Below are positions 31,659-42,412 of a stretch of 64,000 bases of DNA, in pieces. The first letter of the stretch is position 1. Every line of letters starts with the position of its first letter. Source of the stretch: Bacteroidota bacterium. GTDB lineage: Bacteria > Bacteroidota > Bacteroidia > UKL13-3. The notes beneath the pieces are model-generated. The model saw nothing but the letters and a program-made list of their open reading frames with translations, searched no databases and was not told the DNA's origin. A program made the translations under genes and the position numbers. Location of the stretch: the NCBI GenBank assembly GCA_947456185.1, contig CANGPW010000001.1:17884-81883 (forward strand), given 5' to 3'.

Positions 31659-32690
31659 ATGTATAGAAATACTTTGAAATTCACGCTTTTGTTGAGCCTA
31701 ACAATACTTTGTTTTTTTAATATTAATGCACAAACAAAAGTGTATCTCCCGCTGCTTGAAACCATAAATTTGAAAAAAGATTTTCAATATTCTAGTACTC
31801 GATTACTTAAAAACTACATAGAAAGTGCAAATAAGTACCAAGTAATTATGCAAGATGTAAATGATTCTTCTATTAGTTATAACGATCAAAACGCATCTAT
31901 CATAACCAAGGCAAGAGAAATAAATGCCATGTATTATATCATTGGTTCTTTAAACCGATTAGGTGAAAATGTAATTGTAAACATCAATTTATTTGAAACT
32001 GAAACAGGTAAAAAAGTTTGGTTCGACCAATTAAAAGCCATGAGTCCAGATGATTTAGATCCTATTTTACAAAGAATTGGTCAAAATATAGGTACAGAGA
32101 ATAAAGCTACCACAGCAGACGATATTTATTCTGTTTCCAATCAAGAAACACAACAATTGAAACAAAAAGAAAGCAATAATAACTTTGGAATAGGATTATG
32201 TGCCATGCCACTTTTAATGCATGGTTTTGATTTAAATAATAATGCACAATTGTCAGGGCTTAGTTTGGCTTGGAGTTTTGATGCGCGCGATTATATTTTT
32301 GACATTAAACCATCTTGGTGTTTTAATTCTAATTATGATATGTTAAGTTTAGCTTTGGAAATGAATAAGCCATTGACTAAAAAAAGTAATACGCCTTTTT
32401 TGGGTGGAGGTGCGTCTTTAAGTAGAACAAGTTTTGGTATTAATGGTAGTAATCAATCAAATTATTATAGCTCAACAGCTTCTGGATATGGTATCATGCT
32501 TTTAGCAGGTGGTGGCTATATTTTTAACAGAACGTCTTCAGTTTCGGTGCGCTTATCAGCCAATTTAATGCAAGGATTTTATGATGTAAAGGGTTATGAA
32601 TATAACTCATTTGGTAGCTATTCTAGCCAAAAAAACTATGGTTTATCAACTGGTATTTTAATGCGTTTGGAAATATTATTTAGAAGATAA
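31659..32690 (+). CDS. Secreted/outer-membrane protein (CsgG/TolB-N-like domain plus probable beta-barrel)
   Basis: Signal peptide; IIGSLNRLGENVIVNINLFETETGK motif; C-terminal amphipathic strands. Confidence 0.7.
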   Translation: MYRNTLKFTLLLSLTILCFFNINAQTKVYLPLLETINLKKDFQYSSTRLLKNYIESANKYQVIMQDVNDSSISYNDQNASIITKAREINAMYYIIGSLNRLGENVIVNINLFETETGKKVWFDQLKAMSPDDLDPILQRIGQNIGTENKATTADDIYSVSNQETQQLKQKESNNNFGIGLCAMPLLMHGFDLNNNAQLSGLSLAWSFDARDYIFDIKPSWCFNSNYDMLSLALEMNKPLTKKSNTPFLGGGASLSRTSFGINGSNQSNYYSSTASGYGIMLLAGGGYIFNRTSSVSVRLSANLMQGFYDVKGYEYNSFGSYSSQKNYGLSTGILMRLEILFRR

Positions 32691-33091
32691 TGAAAACTAA
32701 ACTTATTTATTTTTCTGTATTTTTAATTTTACTTTCTTCCTGCGGCACTTCGTTGATTAAAGTAACAGGTAACAGTCGTCCATATTCAGTTTTTATTGAT
32801 AATCAATACAAAGGAATGACTAATAACGATATAAAAATTCAAAGGTCTGGATTACCTCAAAAAAAATTGATTGAAATAAAAGATGCCAAAGGAAAAGTTA
32901 TTGCAAAAGAAAAAATCTCGAGAGATTTTAATGTACTAAAATTTCTTGTGGGTTTTCTTTATTGTTATCCAATTTGGTTTTTTAGTTGGGAATACGAAAA
33001 AAAGATTGAAATTACTATTGATAATTCAAATAATAACAACGATAATTCAAGTCCTTGGGATGAAGAAAAGCCTAAAAGTCCTTGGGATTAA
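32690..33091 (+). CDS. Lipoprotein, PEGA-like
   Basis: Lipobox LSSC; VFIDNQYKGMT; start overlaps upstream stop. Confidence 0.7.
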   Translation: MKTKLIYFSVFLILLSSCGTSLIKVTGNSRPYSVFIDNQYKGMTNNDIKIQRSGLPQKKLIEIKDAKGKVIAKEKISRDFNVLKFLVGFLYCYPIWFFSWEYEKKIEITIDNSNNNNDNSSPWDEEKPKSPWD

Positions 33092-33351
33092 TCATTAGAT
33101 GTTATTAATTTTTACTTTTTAAAAATCCACCACTTTCATTATTGCACTACCATCAAATTTATTTTTAATGACTTATTACGTCAATACTTTAAATAGTAAA
33201 TTATTTCCTCACCTACCAAAATCCCTTTAAATTCAAACATTTTGTACCGTTTATAAAAATAGTATTTAGGTAATAAATATTATAATAAAATAAATGTAAT
33301 TTTCGGCCTTCATTGTTATGAAAATCAGTGGCTTTTTTAAACAAATAATTC

Positions 33352-34701
33352 ATGAAAAAATTAAACAATAAACTATTCATTTGGCTTGGTGTAGCAGTTG
33401 TAATATTAATAATTATAGCAGTAGTTGGAAAGAAAAAAGGCTGGTTTGGTGGCAAAGACGAAACCAGGGTTAGCATGGCTATAGCCGAAATAAAAACGGT
33501 AATAGAAACAGTAAGCGCCAATGGAAAAATTCAACCTGAAACGGAAGTAAAAATTAGTTCGGATGTAAGTGGCGAGATCAGAGAATTATATGTAAAAGAA
33601 GGCGACTCGGTAACTGTTGGTCAGTTATTAGCCCGAATAGATCCAGAATTATATGCTTCGGCATTGGACAGAAGTAGTGCTTCGTTAAGCAATGCAAAAG
33701 CAAATTCAGCAACTACTAAAGCACGATTAACACAAGCTGAAGCACGATTTGCTGAAATAGAAAAACAATACAATAGATCCAAAAAAATGGCAGATCAAAA
33801 GTTAATCAGTGAAGCCGAAATAGAAACTGCTACTTCTAGTTATAAAAACGCCAAAGCCGAAGTTGATGCCATCAAACAAAACGTTATTGGTGCTGAATTT
33901 ACCGTAAAAAGTTTTGAAGCAAGTTTAAAAGAAAGCAAAAAGAATTTGACCAGAACCGAAATATTTGCTCCTGTAAGTGGAATAGTTTCAAGTTTAAAAG
34001 TAGAAAAAGGAGAACGCGTAGTTGGTACATCGCAAATGGCAGGAACTGAAATGATGCGCATTGCAAATTTAAATGCCATGGAAGTGAGCGTGGATGTAAA
34101 CGAAAACGACATTATAAAAGTAGGTTTAGGCGATACTGTTTTAATAGAAGTAGATGCTTATGGAACCAGAAAATTTAAAGGTTTAGTGTCGGAAATAGCC
34201 AATAGTGCCAGTGCTACAAACGCCAGTACCAGCGATCAGGTAACAAATTTTGTGGTGAAAATAAAAATTTTAAGAAGCAGTTATGCTGATTTAACTGCAA
34301 AATTTGGTAAACGAAAAGCAGTTTTTCGTCCGGGAATGAGTGCCAGTGTAGAAATTCAAACAGAAGTAGCTCAACAAGTTTTGGCCATACCAATAGAAGC
34401 CGTAACTGTTAGGCAGCCTAGTGATTTGGATACAGCAACTACTGCTGATAAAAAAGAAATGACCGCAAATGCTGATTCCAAAGATGAAGTAGAAGTGGTG
34501 TTTGTAAACAATAACAATACTGCTGCTATTCGCAAAATAGTTACCGGAATTCAAGATGATAAATTAATAGTAATTACCAGTGGTTTGGCTAAAGGCGATG
34601 AAGTAATCAGTGGGCCGTATGCCACCGTTTCCAAAACGTTAAAACATGGTGATAAACTTAAAAAAGTAAGCAAAGAAGAATTGTTTGAAGTAAAAAAATA
34701 A
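33352..34701 (+). CDS. Efflux RND/ABC periplasmic adaptor (HlyD/MacA family)
   Basis: N-terminal TM, ISSDVSGEI..LYVKEGD.V..GQLL lipoyl motif, coiled coil, IFAPVSG, FRPGMSA. Confidence 0.93.
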   Translation: MKKLNNKLFIWLGVAVVILIIIAVVGKKKGWFGGKDETRVSMAIAEIKTVIETVSANGKIQPETEVKISSDVSGEIRELYVKEGDSVTVGQLLARIDPELYASALDRSSASLSNAKANSATTKARLTQAEARFAEIEKQYNRSKKMADQKLISEAEIETATSSYKNAKAEVDAIKQNVIGAEFTVKSFEASLKESKKNLTRTEIFAPVSGIVSSLKVEKGERVVGTSQMAGTEMMRIANLNAMEVSVDVNENDIIKVGLGDTVLIEVDAYGTRKFKGLVSEIANSASATNASTSDQVTNFVVKIKILRSSYADLTAKFGKRKAVFRPGMSASVEIQTEVAQQVLAIPIEAVTVRQPSDLDTATTADKKEMTANADSKDEVEVVFVNNNNTAAIRKIVTGIQDDKLIVITSGLAKGDEVISGPYATVSKTLKHGDKLKKVSKEELFEVKK

Positions 34702-34757
34702 CAAAAATTCTACATTTTTTATTCGATTTGAATTCAACTCTTTTCTCCCAAAAAATT

Positions 34758-35474
34758 ATGACAAATTCAGTTTTACACAAAGCTGATTCTCGTGGCGATG
34801 CAAACCACGGTTGGCTGCATAGCAAACACACTTTTAGCTTTGCTAATTATTATAATCCTGAACGAATGAACTTTGGTGTACTGCGTGTTTTAAACGATGA
34901 CACAGTGGCTGCTGGAATGGGTTTTGGAAAGCATCCGCACGATAACATGGAAATTATTAGCATTCCTTTATCGGGTGATTTAGAACATAAAGATAGCATG
35001 AACAATGTAACTGTTATAAAAAGTGGTGATATTCAGGTAATGAGTGCTGGAACCGGAATTCAGCACAGCGAATACAATAAAAACAAAGATGCGGAAGTAA
35101 AATTTTTGCAGATTTGGGTGTTTCCGAATAAAAAAAATGTAACTCCTCGTTACGACCAAATTACCTTAAACATTGCTGATAGGAAAAATAAATTACAACA
35201 AATATTATCGCCTAATCCAAACGATGCTGGAGTTTGGATTCATCAAAATGCATGGTTTCATTTAGCTGATTTTGATAAAGGAATAAGCACTAATTATGAA
35301 TTCAAAAGCCAAGACAATGGTTTGTATCTTTTTAATTTAAAAGGCAATTTAAAAGTAAATAATCAATCCATTTCTACACGTGATGGCATTGGAATTTGGA
35401 ACACAACTCACGTAGAAATTACTGCTGAATCTGATGCAGAATTTTTATTAATGGAAGTGCCAATGCAAGTTTAA
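34758..35474 (+). CDS. Pirin family protein
   Basis: FGKHPHDNMEI, HKDSM, MSAGTGIQHSEYN and FLQIW motifs. Confidence 0.94.
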   Translation: MTNSVLHKADSRGDANHGWLHSKHTFSFANYYNPERMNFGVLRVLNDDTVAAGMGFGKHPHDNMEIISIPLSGDLEHKDSMNNVTVIKSGDIQVMSAGTGIQHSEYNKNKDAEVKFLQIWVFPNKKNVTPRYDQITLNIADRKNKLQQILSPNPNDAGVWIHQNAWFHLADFDKGISTNYEFKSQDNGLYLFNLKGNLKVNNQSISTRDGIGIWNTTHVEITAESDAEFLLMEVPMQV

Positions 35475-35496
35475 AATATTTTCAAAAACTAAAATA

Positions 35497-36102
35497 TTAT
35501 TTCCCATAAGGAATTCTACTTACAATACTTCTTCCCAATGTAATTTCATCGGCATATTCTAGTTCACCACCAATGGAAATTCCACGGCTAATGGTGCTGA
35601 TTTGAATGGGTAAATGCGCTAGTTTTTTTGAAATATAAAAAGTAGTGGTGTCGCCTTCTGGTGTTGCACTCAGTGCAATAATTAATTCTTTTATTTGTTC
35701 GTTTTCAGCCCTAATAATTAACGAAGAAATATTTACATCGTCAGGTCCAACGCCATTGATTGGTGAAATCACTCCACCCAAAACATGGTACAATCCATTA
35801 AACTGAGAAGTGTTTTCAATGGCCATTACATCGCGCAAATCTTCTACCACACAAACCAATTCAGGGTTACGTTTATGGCTTTGGCAAATGTTACACAAAT
35901 CGCCATCGCTCACATTGTGGCAACGTTTGCAGTATTTTATTAAAGTTCTTACTTGTTCTAAAGCTTGTCCAAGGCGAATGGCATCTTGAGGTTCTTGCTT
36001 TAAAATATGCAAAACCATTCGCAAAGCCGATTTTTTTCCTACACCCGGAAAGCGTGATAATTGGTTAACAGCCTCTTCAATTAAGGCAGATGGAAAGTTC
36101 AT
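35497..36102 (-). CDS. recR: Recombination mediator RecR
   Basis: PGVGKKSALR, C4 Zn finger, YHVLGGVISP and ELEYADEITL motifs. Confidence 0.97.
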   Translation of the reverse strand: MNFPSALIEEAVNQLSRFPGVGKKSALRMVLHILKQEPQDAIRLGQALEQVRTLIKYCKRCHNVSDGDLCNICQSHKRNPELVCVVEDLRDVMAIENTSQFNGLYHVLGGVISPINGVGPDDVNISSLIIRAENEQIKELIIALSATPEGDTTTFYISKKLAHLPIQISTISRGISIGGELEYADEITLGRSIVSRIPYGK

Positions 36103-36169
36103 ATGCTTTAATTATATAGTATTTGAAAAGTAATCGTTGTTGTAATTTGTCATTTAATTTTTTTCTATT

Positions 36170-36325
36170 CTTACTTTTTGTTTGGGCAAAAAGTAAGCAA
36201 AAAGCCCACCACTAAATAAAAATTTCCATTTTTTTGTTGCACATCCCAACGCCACCCAAGCCAAAATTGAAAATTTCACACATTTAGTGGACATCCACCC
36301 ACACCACTTTGCTCGCACCTTTTGT
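36170..36325. repeat. Structured intergenic element (MITE/REP-like)
   Basis: Hairpin CTTACTTTTTG/CAAAAAGTAAG and longer stem CCACTAAAT...ATTTAGTGG. Confidence 0.45.
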
Positions 36326-36355
36326 TGTAAAATATACTTCCTTTAATTGAAGGTT

Positions 36356-37150
36356 TTAAACCGCTACTGCTCCTTTAATTCCTGCGTGTGGGTTATAATT
36401 TTCCAATTCAAAATCTTCATATTTAAAGTCAAAAATAGACTTCACATCCTTATTTATTTTCATGGTTGGATAAGGCCTAACATCTCTACTTAATTGTAAA
36501 GTTACTTGCTCAAAATGATTGCTATAAATATGTGCATCGCCAAAAGTATGAATAAAATCGCCTGGTTCTAAATTGCACACCTGTGCAACCATTAAAGTAA
36601 GTAAAGCATAACTGGCAATATTAAACGGAACGCCCAAAAACATATCGGCACTACGTTGATATAACTGGCAACTTAATTTTCCATTGGCCACATAAAACTG
36701 AAAAAAAGCATGGCAAGGCATCAATGCCATTTTCTCTAGATCGGCCACGTTCCATGCACTCACAATAATTCTGCGGCTATCAGGATTGTTTTTTAAGGCT
36801 TCTATTACTTCACTTAATTGGTCTATATGTCCGCCATCGGCTTTAGGCCAGTTGCGCCATTGATGCCCATAAACAGGTCCAAGGTTTCCGTTTTCGTCAG
36901 CCCATTCGTCCCATATTTTTACACCATTATCGGTTAAATATTTGGTGTTGGTTTCGCCTTTTATAAACCAAAGTAATTCGTGTATGATTGATTTTAAATG
37001 AACTTTTTTAGAAGTAATCAGCGGAAAACCTTTGCTTAAATCAAACCTAATTTGAGCGCCAAATATGCTTCTAGTTCCAGTTCCAGTTCTATCACTTTTT
37101 TCGGCTCCTGTATAAAATACATGCTTAAGTAATTCTTCGTATTGATTCAT
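36356..37150 (-). CDS. thyA: Thymidylate synthase
   Basis: [23 protein letters not shown] and [18 protein letters not shown] motifs. Confidence 0.98.
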   Translation of the reverse strand: MNQYEELLKHVFYTGAEKSDRTGTGTRSIFGAQIRFDLSKGFPLITSKKVHLKSIIHELLWFIKGETNTKYLTDNGVKIWDEWADENGNLGPVYGHQWRNWPKADGGHIDQLSEVIEALKNNPDSRRIIVSAWNVADLEKMALMPCHAFFQFYVANGKLSCQLYQRSADMFLGVPFNIASYALLTLMVAQVCNLEPGDFIHTFGDAHIYSNHFEQVTLQLSRDVRPYPTMKINKDVKSIFDFKYEDFELENYNPHAGIKGAVAV

Positions 37151-37301
37151 TTTTGAAATATTATTTTACAAATAAAATGAAATATTTAGCCAAGACTATA
37201 TAATTTTTTGAACCAAAAAGTAACAAATTTTTTTTAAACCACATATAAAACATAGCTTTTGAATACTTTAAAATAAAATCTATGTAATCTGTGGCTAATT
37301 A

Positions 37302-38534
37302 CTAAGCAGCTTGAAAAGTTTTGTATTTCAAAGCTTCTATTTTGCTTTTGGCATAAGCCAAGTCAATTACAATTTTTCCTTTAACGGTCAAATCTGGAGC
37401 TTCATACATTAAGTCAAGCATAATGGCTTCGCAAATACTGCGTAAACCACGAGCGCCTAATTTAAATCCAAATGCAGTGTCAACAATTAAATCTACTACT
37501 TCATCGGTAAATTGTAATTCTATTTTTTCTAAATCAAACAAATGTTTGTATTGTTTAGTTAAAGCATTTTTAGGTACTGTTAATATATTGCGAAGCGCTT
37601 CTTTATCTAAAGGATTTAAGTGACACAACACGGGTAGGCGACCAATTATTTCGGGAATTAATCCAAAACTTCTTAAATCGGCAGGGCTGATGTATTGCAA
37701 CATATTTTTGTCGTTTACAGCGTCCATTTCCTCTTCGTTTTTAAAACCAATGGCTTGTGTTTGTAATCTTCTTGCTATATGCCTTTCTATTCCATCAAAG
37801 GCGCCCCCACAAATAAATAAAATATTGTTGGTATTAATTTGAATCATTTTTTGGTCAGGATGTTTGCGTCCTCCTTGCGGTGGCACATTGGCAATGGTTC
37901 CTTCCAATATTTTTAATAAAGCTTGTTGAACGCCTTCGCCACTTACATCGCGGGTAATGCTAGGGTTATCGCTTTTGCGGCTAATTTTATCTATTTCATC
38001 AATATAAACAATACCACGTTCCGCCATTTCTACATTATAATCGGCTGCTTGTAGCAAACGACTTAAAATACTTTCTACGTCTTCACCTACATAACCAGCT
38101 TCGGTTATAACTGTTGCATCAGCAATACAAAAAGGAACTTCCAGTACTTTAGCCAAAGTTTTGGCCAATAAAGTTTTGCCAGTTCCAGTTTCGCCAACCA
38201 TCATCACATTGCTTTTTTCTATTTCTATATCGTTCTTTTTGCTTTTTACCAATAAGCGTTTAAAGTGATTGTAAACCGCCACACTTAATACTTTTTTAGC
38301 TTCATCCTGGCCAATTACGTATTCGTCAAGGTGCGCTTTTATTTGAGCGGGTTTTAGTAAAACTAATTTATTTAAAGGTGTTGAAGTTTTTACCTCCGTA
38401 TCTTCACTAATTATTCTATTAGCTTGCTTGGTACAATCTTCACAAATGAGGGCATCGAGGCCAGCAATTAAAAATTGAACTTCATTTCTGCTTCGTCCAC
38501 AAAATGAACACTTATCTTCGGTTTTTTTTGCCAT
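37302..38534 (-). CDS. clpX: ATP-dependent Clp protease ATP-binding subunit ClpX
   Basis: CSFCG...ICEDC Zn domain, [21 protein letters not shown] and IGF loop; ATG 38534. Confidence 0.97.
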   Translation of the reverse strand: MAKKTEDKCSFCGRSRNEVQFLIAGLDALICEDCTKQANRIISEDTEVKTSTPLNKLVLLKPAQIKAHLDEYVIGQDEAKKVLSVAVYNHFKRLLVKSKKNDIEIEKSNVMMVGETGTGKTLLAKTLAKVLEVPFCIADATVITEAGYVGEDVESILSRLLQAADYNVEMAERGIVYIDEIDKISRKSDNPSITRDVSGEGVQQALLKILEGTIANVPPQGGRKHPDQKMIQINTNNILFICGGAFDGIERHIARRLQTQAIGFKNEEEMDAVNDKNMLQYISPADLRSFGLIPEIIGRLPVLCHLNPLDKEALRNILTVPKNALTKQYKHLFDLEKIELQFTDEVVDLIVDTAFGFKLGARGLRSICEAIMLDLMYEAPDLTVKGKIVIDLAYAKSKIEALKYKTFQAA

Positions 38535-38767
38535 TAAAATGATTGAGCTATTTTTTAAAAAATAATAGCCTGCGAATATAATACAACCCAAAGCGTTTTT
38601 TGTTTATTTTTTACAAATGAATTACGAATTATAACTACATAAGATTGTTTTCCTACTCATAAAATTTGTATTTACTTAAAAATTGAAATTGATCAGCTAA
38701 TTTGTTTAGCTCAAAATAAGGGCTAATTTGCAAGCCATTTTAAAAGTAAAAACTAAATAATAAAATT

Positions 38768-39880
38768 ATGATAATTGGAGTTCCAAAGGAAATTAAAAAC
38801 AATGAAAACCGCGTAGGATTAACACCTGCAGGTGTAATTGCTTTTGTCAAAGCAGGTCATCAAGTATTTATACAAGCAACTGCTGGTAACGGGAGTGGTT
38901 TTTCGGATGAAGAATATGCTGGTGCTGGCGCAACTGTTTTAGCTACCATTGAAGAAGTATATGGTAAAGCCGAAATGATTGTTAAAGTAAAAGAACCCAT
39001 TGAATCGGAATATACTTTAATAAAAGAAGGTCAATTATTATTTACTTATTTCCACTTTGCAAGTTATGAGCCTTTAACTCACGCCATGATTGCACGTAAA
39101 GCCATTTGCTTAGCATACGAAACAGTTGAGAAAAAAGACAGATCACTACCTTTGTTAGTTCCTATGAGCGAAGTAGCAGGTAGAATGAGTATTCAAGAAG
39201 GTGCAAAATACTTAGAAAAACCTATGGGCGGACGCGGAATTTTATTAGGTGGCGTACCAGGTGTGAAACCAGCTCAAGTATTAATTTTAGGTGGTGGAAT
39301 TGTTGGAACTCAAGCGGCTAAAATGGCTGCTGGTATGGCTGCTGACGTAACCATTATGGATATTTCAATTCCTCGTTTACGCGAGCTAGATGATATATTA
39401 CCTGCAAATGTAAAAACGGTATTTAGCAATGAATACAATATCAGAGAAGCCATCAAAACGTCTGATTTAATTATTGGAGCGGTGTTAATACCAGGAGCAA
39501 AAGCACCTCATTTAATTACCCGCGAAATGTTAAAAATGATGCGTCCGGGTACAGTTTTAGTCGATGTAGCAGTAGATCAAGGTGGATGTATTGAAACTTG
39601 TAAACCTACAACTCACGAAAATCCTACTTACGAAATTGATGGAATTATTCATTATTGCGTAGCAAACATGCCTGGTGCAGTTCCTTATACTTCTACTTTG
39701 GCTTTAACAAATGCTACTTTACCATATGCTTTGCAATTAGCAAACAAAGGTTGGAAAAAAGCATGTGCTGATAACGAAGAATTACGTTTAGGTTTAAATG
39801 TAGTAGATGGAAAAGTAGTTTACAAAGGTGTTTCAGAAGCATTTGGTTTACCTTACCACGAAGTAAATTCTGTGCTTTAG
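38768..39880 (+). CDS. ald: Alanine dehydrogenase
   Basis: GVPKEIKNNENRV, PLLVPMSEVAGR, DVAVDQGG and VANMPGAVP motifs. Confidence 0.97.
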   Translation: MIIGVPKEIKNNENRVGLTPAGVIAFVKAGHQVFIQATAGNGSGFSDEEYAGAGATVLATIEEVYGKAEMIVKVKEPIESEYTLIKEGQLLFTYFHFASYEPLTHAMIARKAICLAYETVEKKDRSLPLLVPMSEVAGRMSIQEGAKYLEKPMGGRGILLGGVPGVKPAQVLILGGGIVGTQAAKMAAGMAADVTIMDISIPRLRELDDILPANVKTVFSNEYNIREAIKTSDLIIGAVLIPGAKAPHLITREMLKMMRPGTVLVDVAVDQGGCIETCKPTTHENPTYEIDGIIHYCVANMPGAVPYTSTLALTNATLPYALQLANKGWKKACADNEELRLGLNVVDGKVVYKGVSEAFGLPYHEVNSVL

Positions 39881-39928
39881 TTGATAGCTTGCCACGCTTT
39901 GGCATGGTTGTCAGTTGATAGAAAATAT

Positions 39929-39961
39929 AAAAGCTACTCCATTATGGGGTAGCTTTTTTTT
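39929..39961 (+). terminator. ald terminator
   Basis: AAAAGCTACTCC-ATTAT-GGGGTAGCTTTTTTTT. Confidence 0.8.
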
Positions 39962-39967
39962 GGGGTA

Positions 39968-40003
39968 ATTTGTAGAGATGTTTAATTAAACGTCTCTACA
40001 AAT
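39968..40003. repeat. GTAG-type REP-like palindrome
   Basis: ATTTGTAGAGATGTTTAATTAAACGTCTCTACAAAT. Confidence 0.7.
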
Positions 40004-40024
40004 GGGCACAAACTTTATAGAAAC

Positions 40025-40106
40025 TGTTGTTCGACCCCAACGGGGTCGTATGTTTGTAGCTAGATTATTTATTATAAACATACGACCCCGTTGGGGTCGA
40101 ACAACA
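40025..40106. repeat. REPIN-like inverted pair
   Basis: 34-bp inverted arms (1 mismatch), each with internal palindrome CGACCCC...GGGGTCG. Confidence 0.8.
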
Positions 40107-40201
40107 CCTACTATCCTTTGTCTTGTGAAATGGACTTTGGGTGGCTGACTAAGGATTTGAAATGAGAAAACAGTCTCCAGACTCGTTTAATTTTTACCCA
40201 T

Positions 40202-40230
40202 AAAAAAAGCCACTCTTGCAAGCGGCTTTT
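40202..40230 (-). terminator. tig terminator
   Basis: AAAAAAAGCCACT...AGCGGCTTTT hairpin downstream of tig. Confidence 0.6.
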
Positions 40231-40251
40231 AGTTTATTATTATTTTATAGA

Positions 40252-41643
40252 TTAATGTTCGTGATTGGCGTGATGAGCATGGTTATGCTCTTCTACTATT
40301 TTCATAAACTCTTCTTTACTTACTTCTTTTTCTTCAATGGTAATCATGCTTTTTACTGCAGCATTTACCTTCATTTTTACAGCCGAATTAATCATTTTAC
40401 TTCTGTAATCTTCTTTCTTTAAACTTGGCTCTATTAATTGATTAATTAAATCTTCGTTTAGCCCACTCATTGAATAACCACCAAACATTTGCTTGGTATA
40501 TTCAACAGCTGCAGCTCTAATATCGGCTTCTTCAATTTTAATTTCATTGGCAGTCATTATTTTTTCTTCTACCAAATGATTTTTCAAATAATTAGCTTCA
40601 GGTAAATAAGCAGTTTCTATGTTTTCGGTATTAAACTTATCAGCATATCTGTCCATTAACCAACGTTTTAAAAATTCGTCTGGTAATGTTACGTTGTGCT
40701 TAGCTACTAAAGTATCCATCATGTTATGTTCTAACAAATGATCTGCTTGGCCAGTATAAAAACCTTTGATATCTTCACTAATTTTAGCTCTTAAATCAGC
40801 TTCATTAGTAATATTTCCTGGTCCGTAAGCAGCATCAAATAATTCTTGGTCAATGGCACCTTCGGTATTGCGTTTAATATCTACTACTTCAAAACTAAAG
40901 TTAGGATTTAAGTCGGCTACACCTACTTTAGCCACACCCAAAGCATGACTCATTTCTTGCTCATCGTTATTGAATAAAGTAAAAATATTAACAGTTGATT
41001 TTGCACCTTTGCTTATTCCTGTAAGCAATGCTTTTGCATCAGCATTGCTTACTACCGATAATAACATAGGAACGTTATCGGCTTTTACGCCACCTTCTAA
41101 TTCAGTTTTATCGTCAGCAAGTTCTACTAAGTTTAAATAAACCATGTCATTGTCTTGCTCTGCAATGCTTACTTCTTCTAATTTTCCAAAACGCTTACGC
41201 ATTCTTCCAATTTCTTCTGTTACTTCTTCATCATTAACGCTCACCGTATAGCGAGTAAATACATCGCTTTTACCAATGTTTAAATCAAACTCAGGAGCAA
41301 CTCCCAAATCAAAATTAAAATTATAATCAATGCCTTTTTCTATTTTTTCTACCAAAGTATCTTGGTTTAAAACAGGCTCACCTAATAAATTTACTTTATT
41401 GTCGGTAATGTAATTATGCAATGCGTTAGATGCTAAAGCATTTATTTCTTCTAATAAAATATTGTTTCCAACTTGTTTTTCAATCATTCCCATAGGCGCA
41501 GTTCCTGGTCTGAATCCGGGTATGTTTACTTTTTTTCTATAGTCTTTTAATTTTTTGTCATAATTAGGCATGTAATCAGTGCTGCCTATTTGTATGGAGA
41601 TGGTGCCATTTAAAGCATCTTTTTTATCAAATGTTACGTTCAT
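40252..41643 (-). CDS. tig: Trigger factor
   Basis: IPGFRPG ribosome-binding motif, LPDEFLKRWL, His-rich tail. Confidence 0.93.
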   Translation of the reverse strand: MNVTFDKKDALNGTISIQIGSTDYMPNYDKKLKDYRKKVNIPGFRPGTAPMGMIEKQVGNNILLEEINALASNALHNYITDNKVNLLGEPVLNQDTLVEKIEKGIDYNFNFDLGVAPEFDLNIGKSDVFTRYTVSVNDEEVTEEIGRMRKRFGKLEEVSIAEQDNDMVYLNLVELADDKTELEGGVKADNVPMLLSVVSNADAKALLTGISKGAKSTVNIFTLFNNDEQEMSHALGVAKVGVADLNPNFSFEVVDIKRNTEGAIDQELFDAAYGPGNITNEADLRAKISEDIKGFYTGQADHLLEHNMMDTLVAKHNVTLPDEFLKRWLMDRYADKFNTENIETAYLPEANYLKNHLVEEKIMTANEIKIEEADIRAAAVEYTKQMFGGYSMSGLNEDLINQLIEPSLKKEDYRSKMINSAVKMKVNAAVKSMITIEEKEVSKEEFMKIVEEHNHAHHANHEH

Positions 41644-41730
41644 TGTATTTGTTTTATTCTTTTTTTATACTTTATCATTAAAAAAAATAAGACTGAAATA
41701 TTATTTCCAGTCTTATTTCATTTTCTTCAG

Positions 41731-41812
41731 TGCGGATGAAGGGACTCGAACCCCCACGTCTCTCAACACCAGATCCTAAGTCTGGCGCGGCTACCAATTA
41801 CGCCACATCCGC
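41731..41812 (-). tRNA. tRNA-Leu(TAG)
   Basis: Reverse complement GCGGATG...CCAGA-CT-TAG-GA-TCTGG...GGTTCGAGTCCC-TTCATCCGCA with variable arm. Confidence 0.96.
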
Positions 41813-41823
41813 AAAAAGGACTG

Positions 41824-41831
41824 CAAATGTA
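41824..41831 (-). promoter_or_regulatory. -7 box for tRNA-Leu/tig
   Basis: TACATTTG on the minus strand about 12 nt upstream of the tRNA. Confidence 0.65.
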
Positions 41832-42261
41832 AATTTTAACGTAACAAATACAACAGTTATTTTCTTATTTTTTGTCATATCGTTTTAGCTAAGCATTTGG
41901 CGCTGTTTCATAATATGGAATTGCTTGCTGGTACTTGGTGTTCTCAGCAACCAATACTTTTAACTGTTAGTTGAAAATTCAGACCAAAGGACAATTAACT
42001 TTCCAAAACATTAAACCAGTAAAGTGTAAAATAAGTTAAAAGAAATTTTTACGGTAAAATGTATCATATGTTTAAAAAAAACAAATTTTAATTAAATTTC
42101 ATGTTATTTAAATAATAAATATTAAAATTTAAAATAAAACTAAAAAACTTATTACACTAAATTACAAGTATTTAAAATAAATATAACAGCAATTATTTTT
42201 TTAAAAGCACAAATATATAACAAAGTATAAAAATAAGATTAGGAAATATGTACTTATAATA

Positions 42262-42269
42262 TACTTTTG
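42262..42269 (+). promoter_or_regulatory. Candidate -7 box upstream of the cassette array
   Basis: TACTTTTG matches TAnnTTTG; lies in very AT-rich DNA so could be chance. Confidence 0.4.
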
Positions 42270-42412
42270 TTTTAATAAGTATAAAAATAATTCATTAATA
42301 AAAAATAAAACCTAGCACGTAAAAGCTTTATCCATCTAAAAAAGGAAAGATACGTCTGGTAAATTCAAGGGTAAATATAAGATAAAATATAACAAATACA
42401 TTGAAACCGAAT

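Noticed and set aside
33352..34701. Orphan efflux adaptor as a novel system
   Set aside because: Adaptors separated from their transporters are common in Bacteroidota; partners are probably elsewhere
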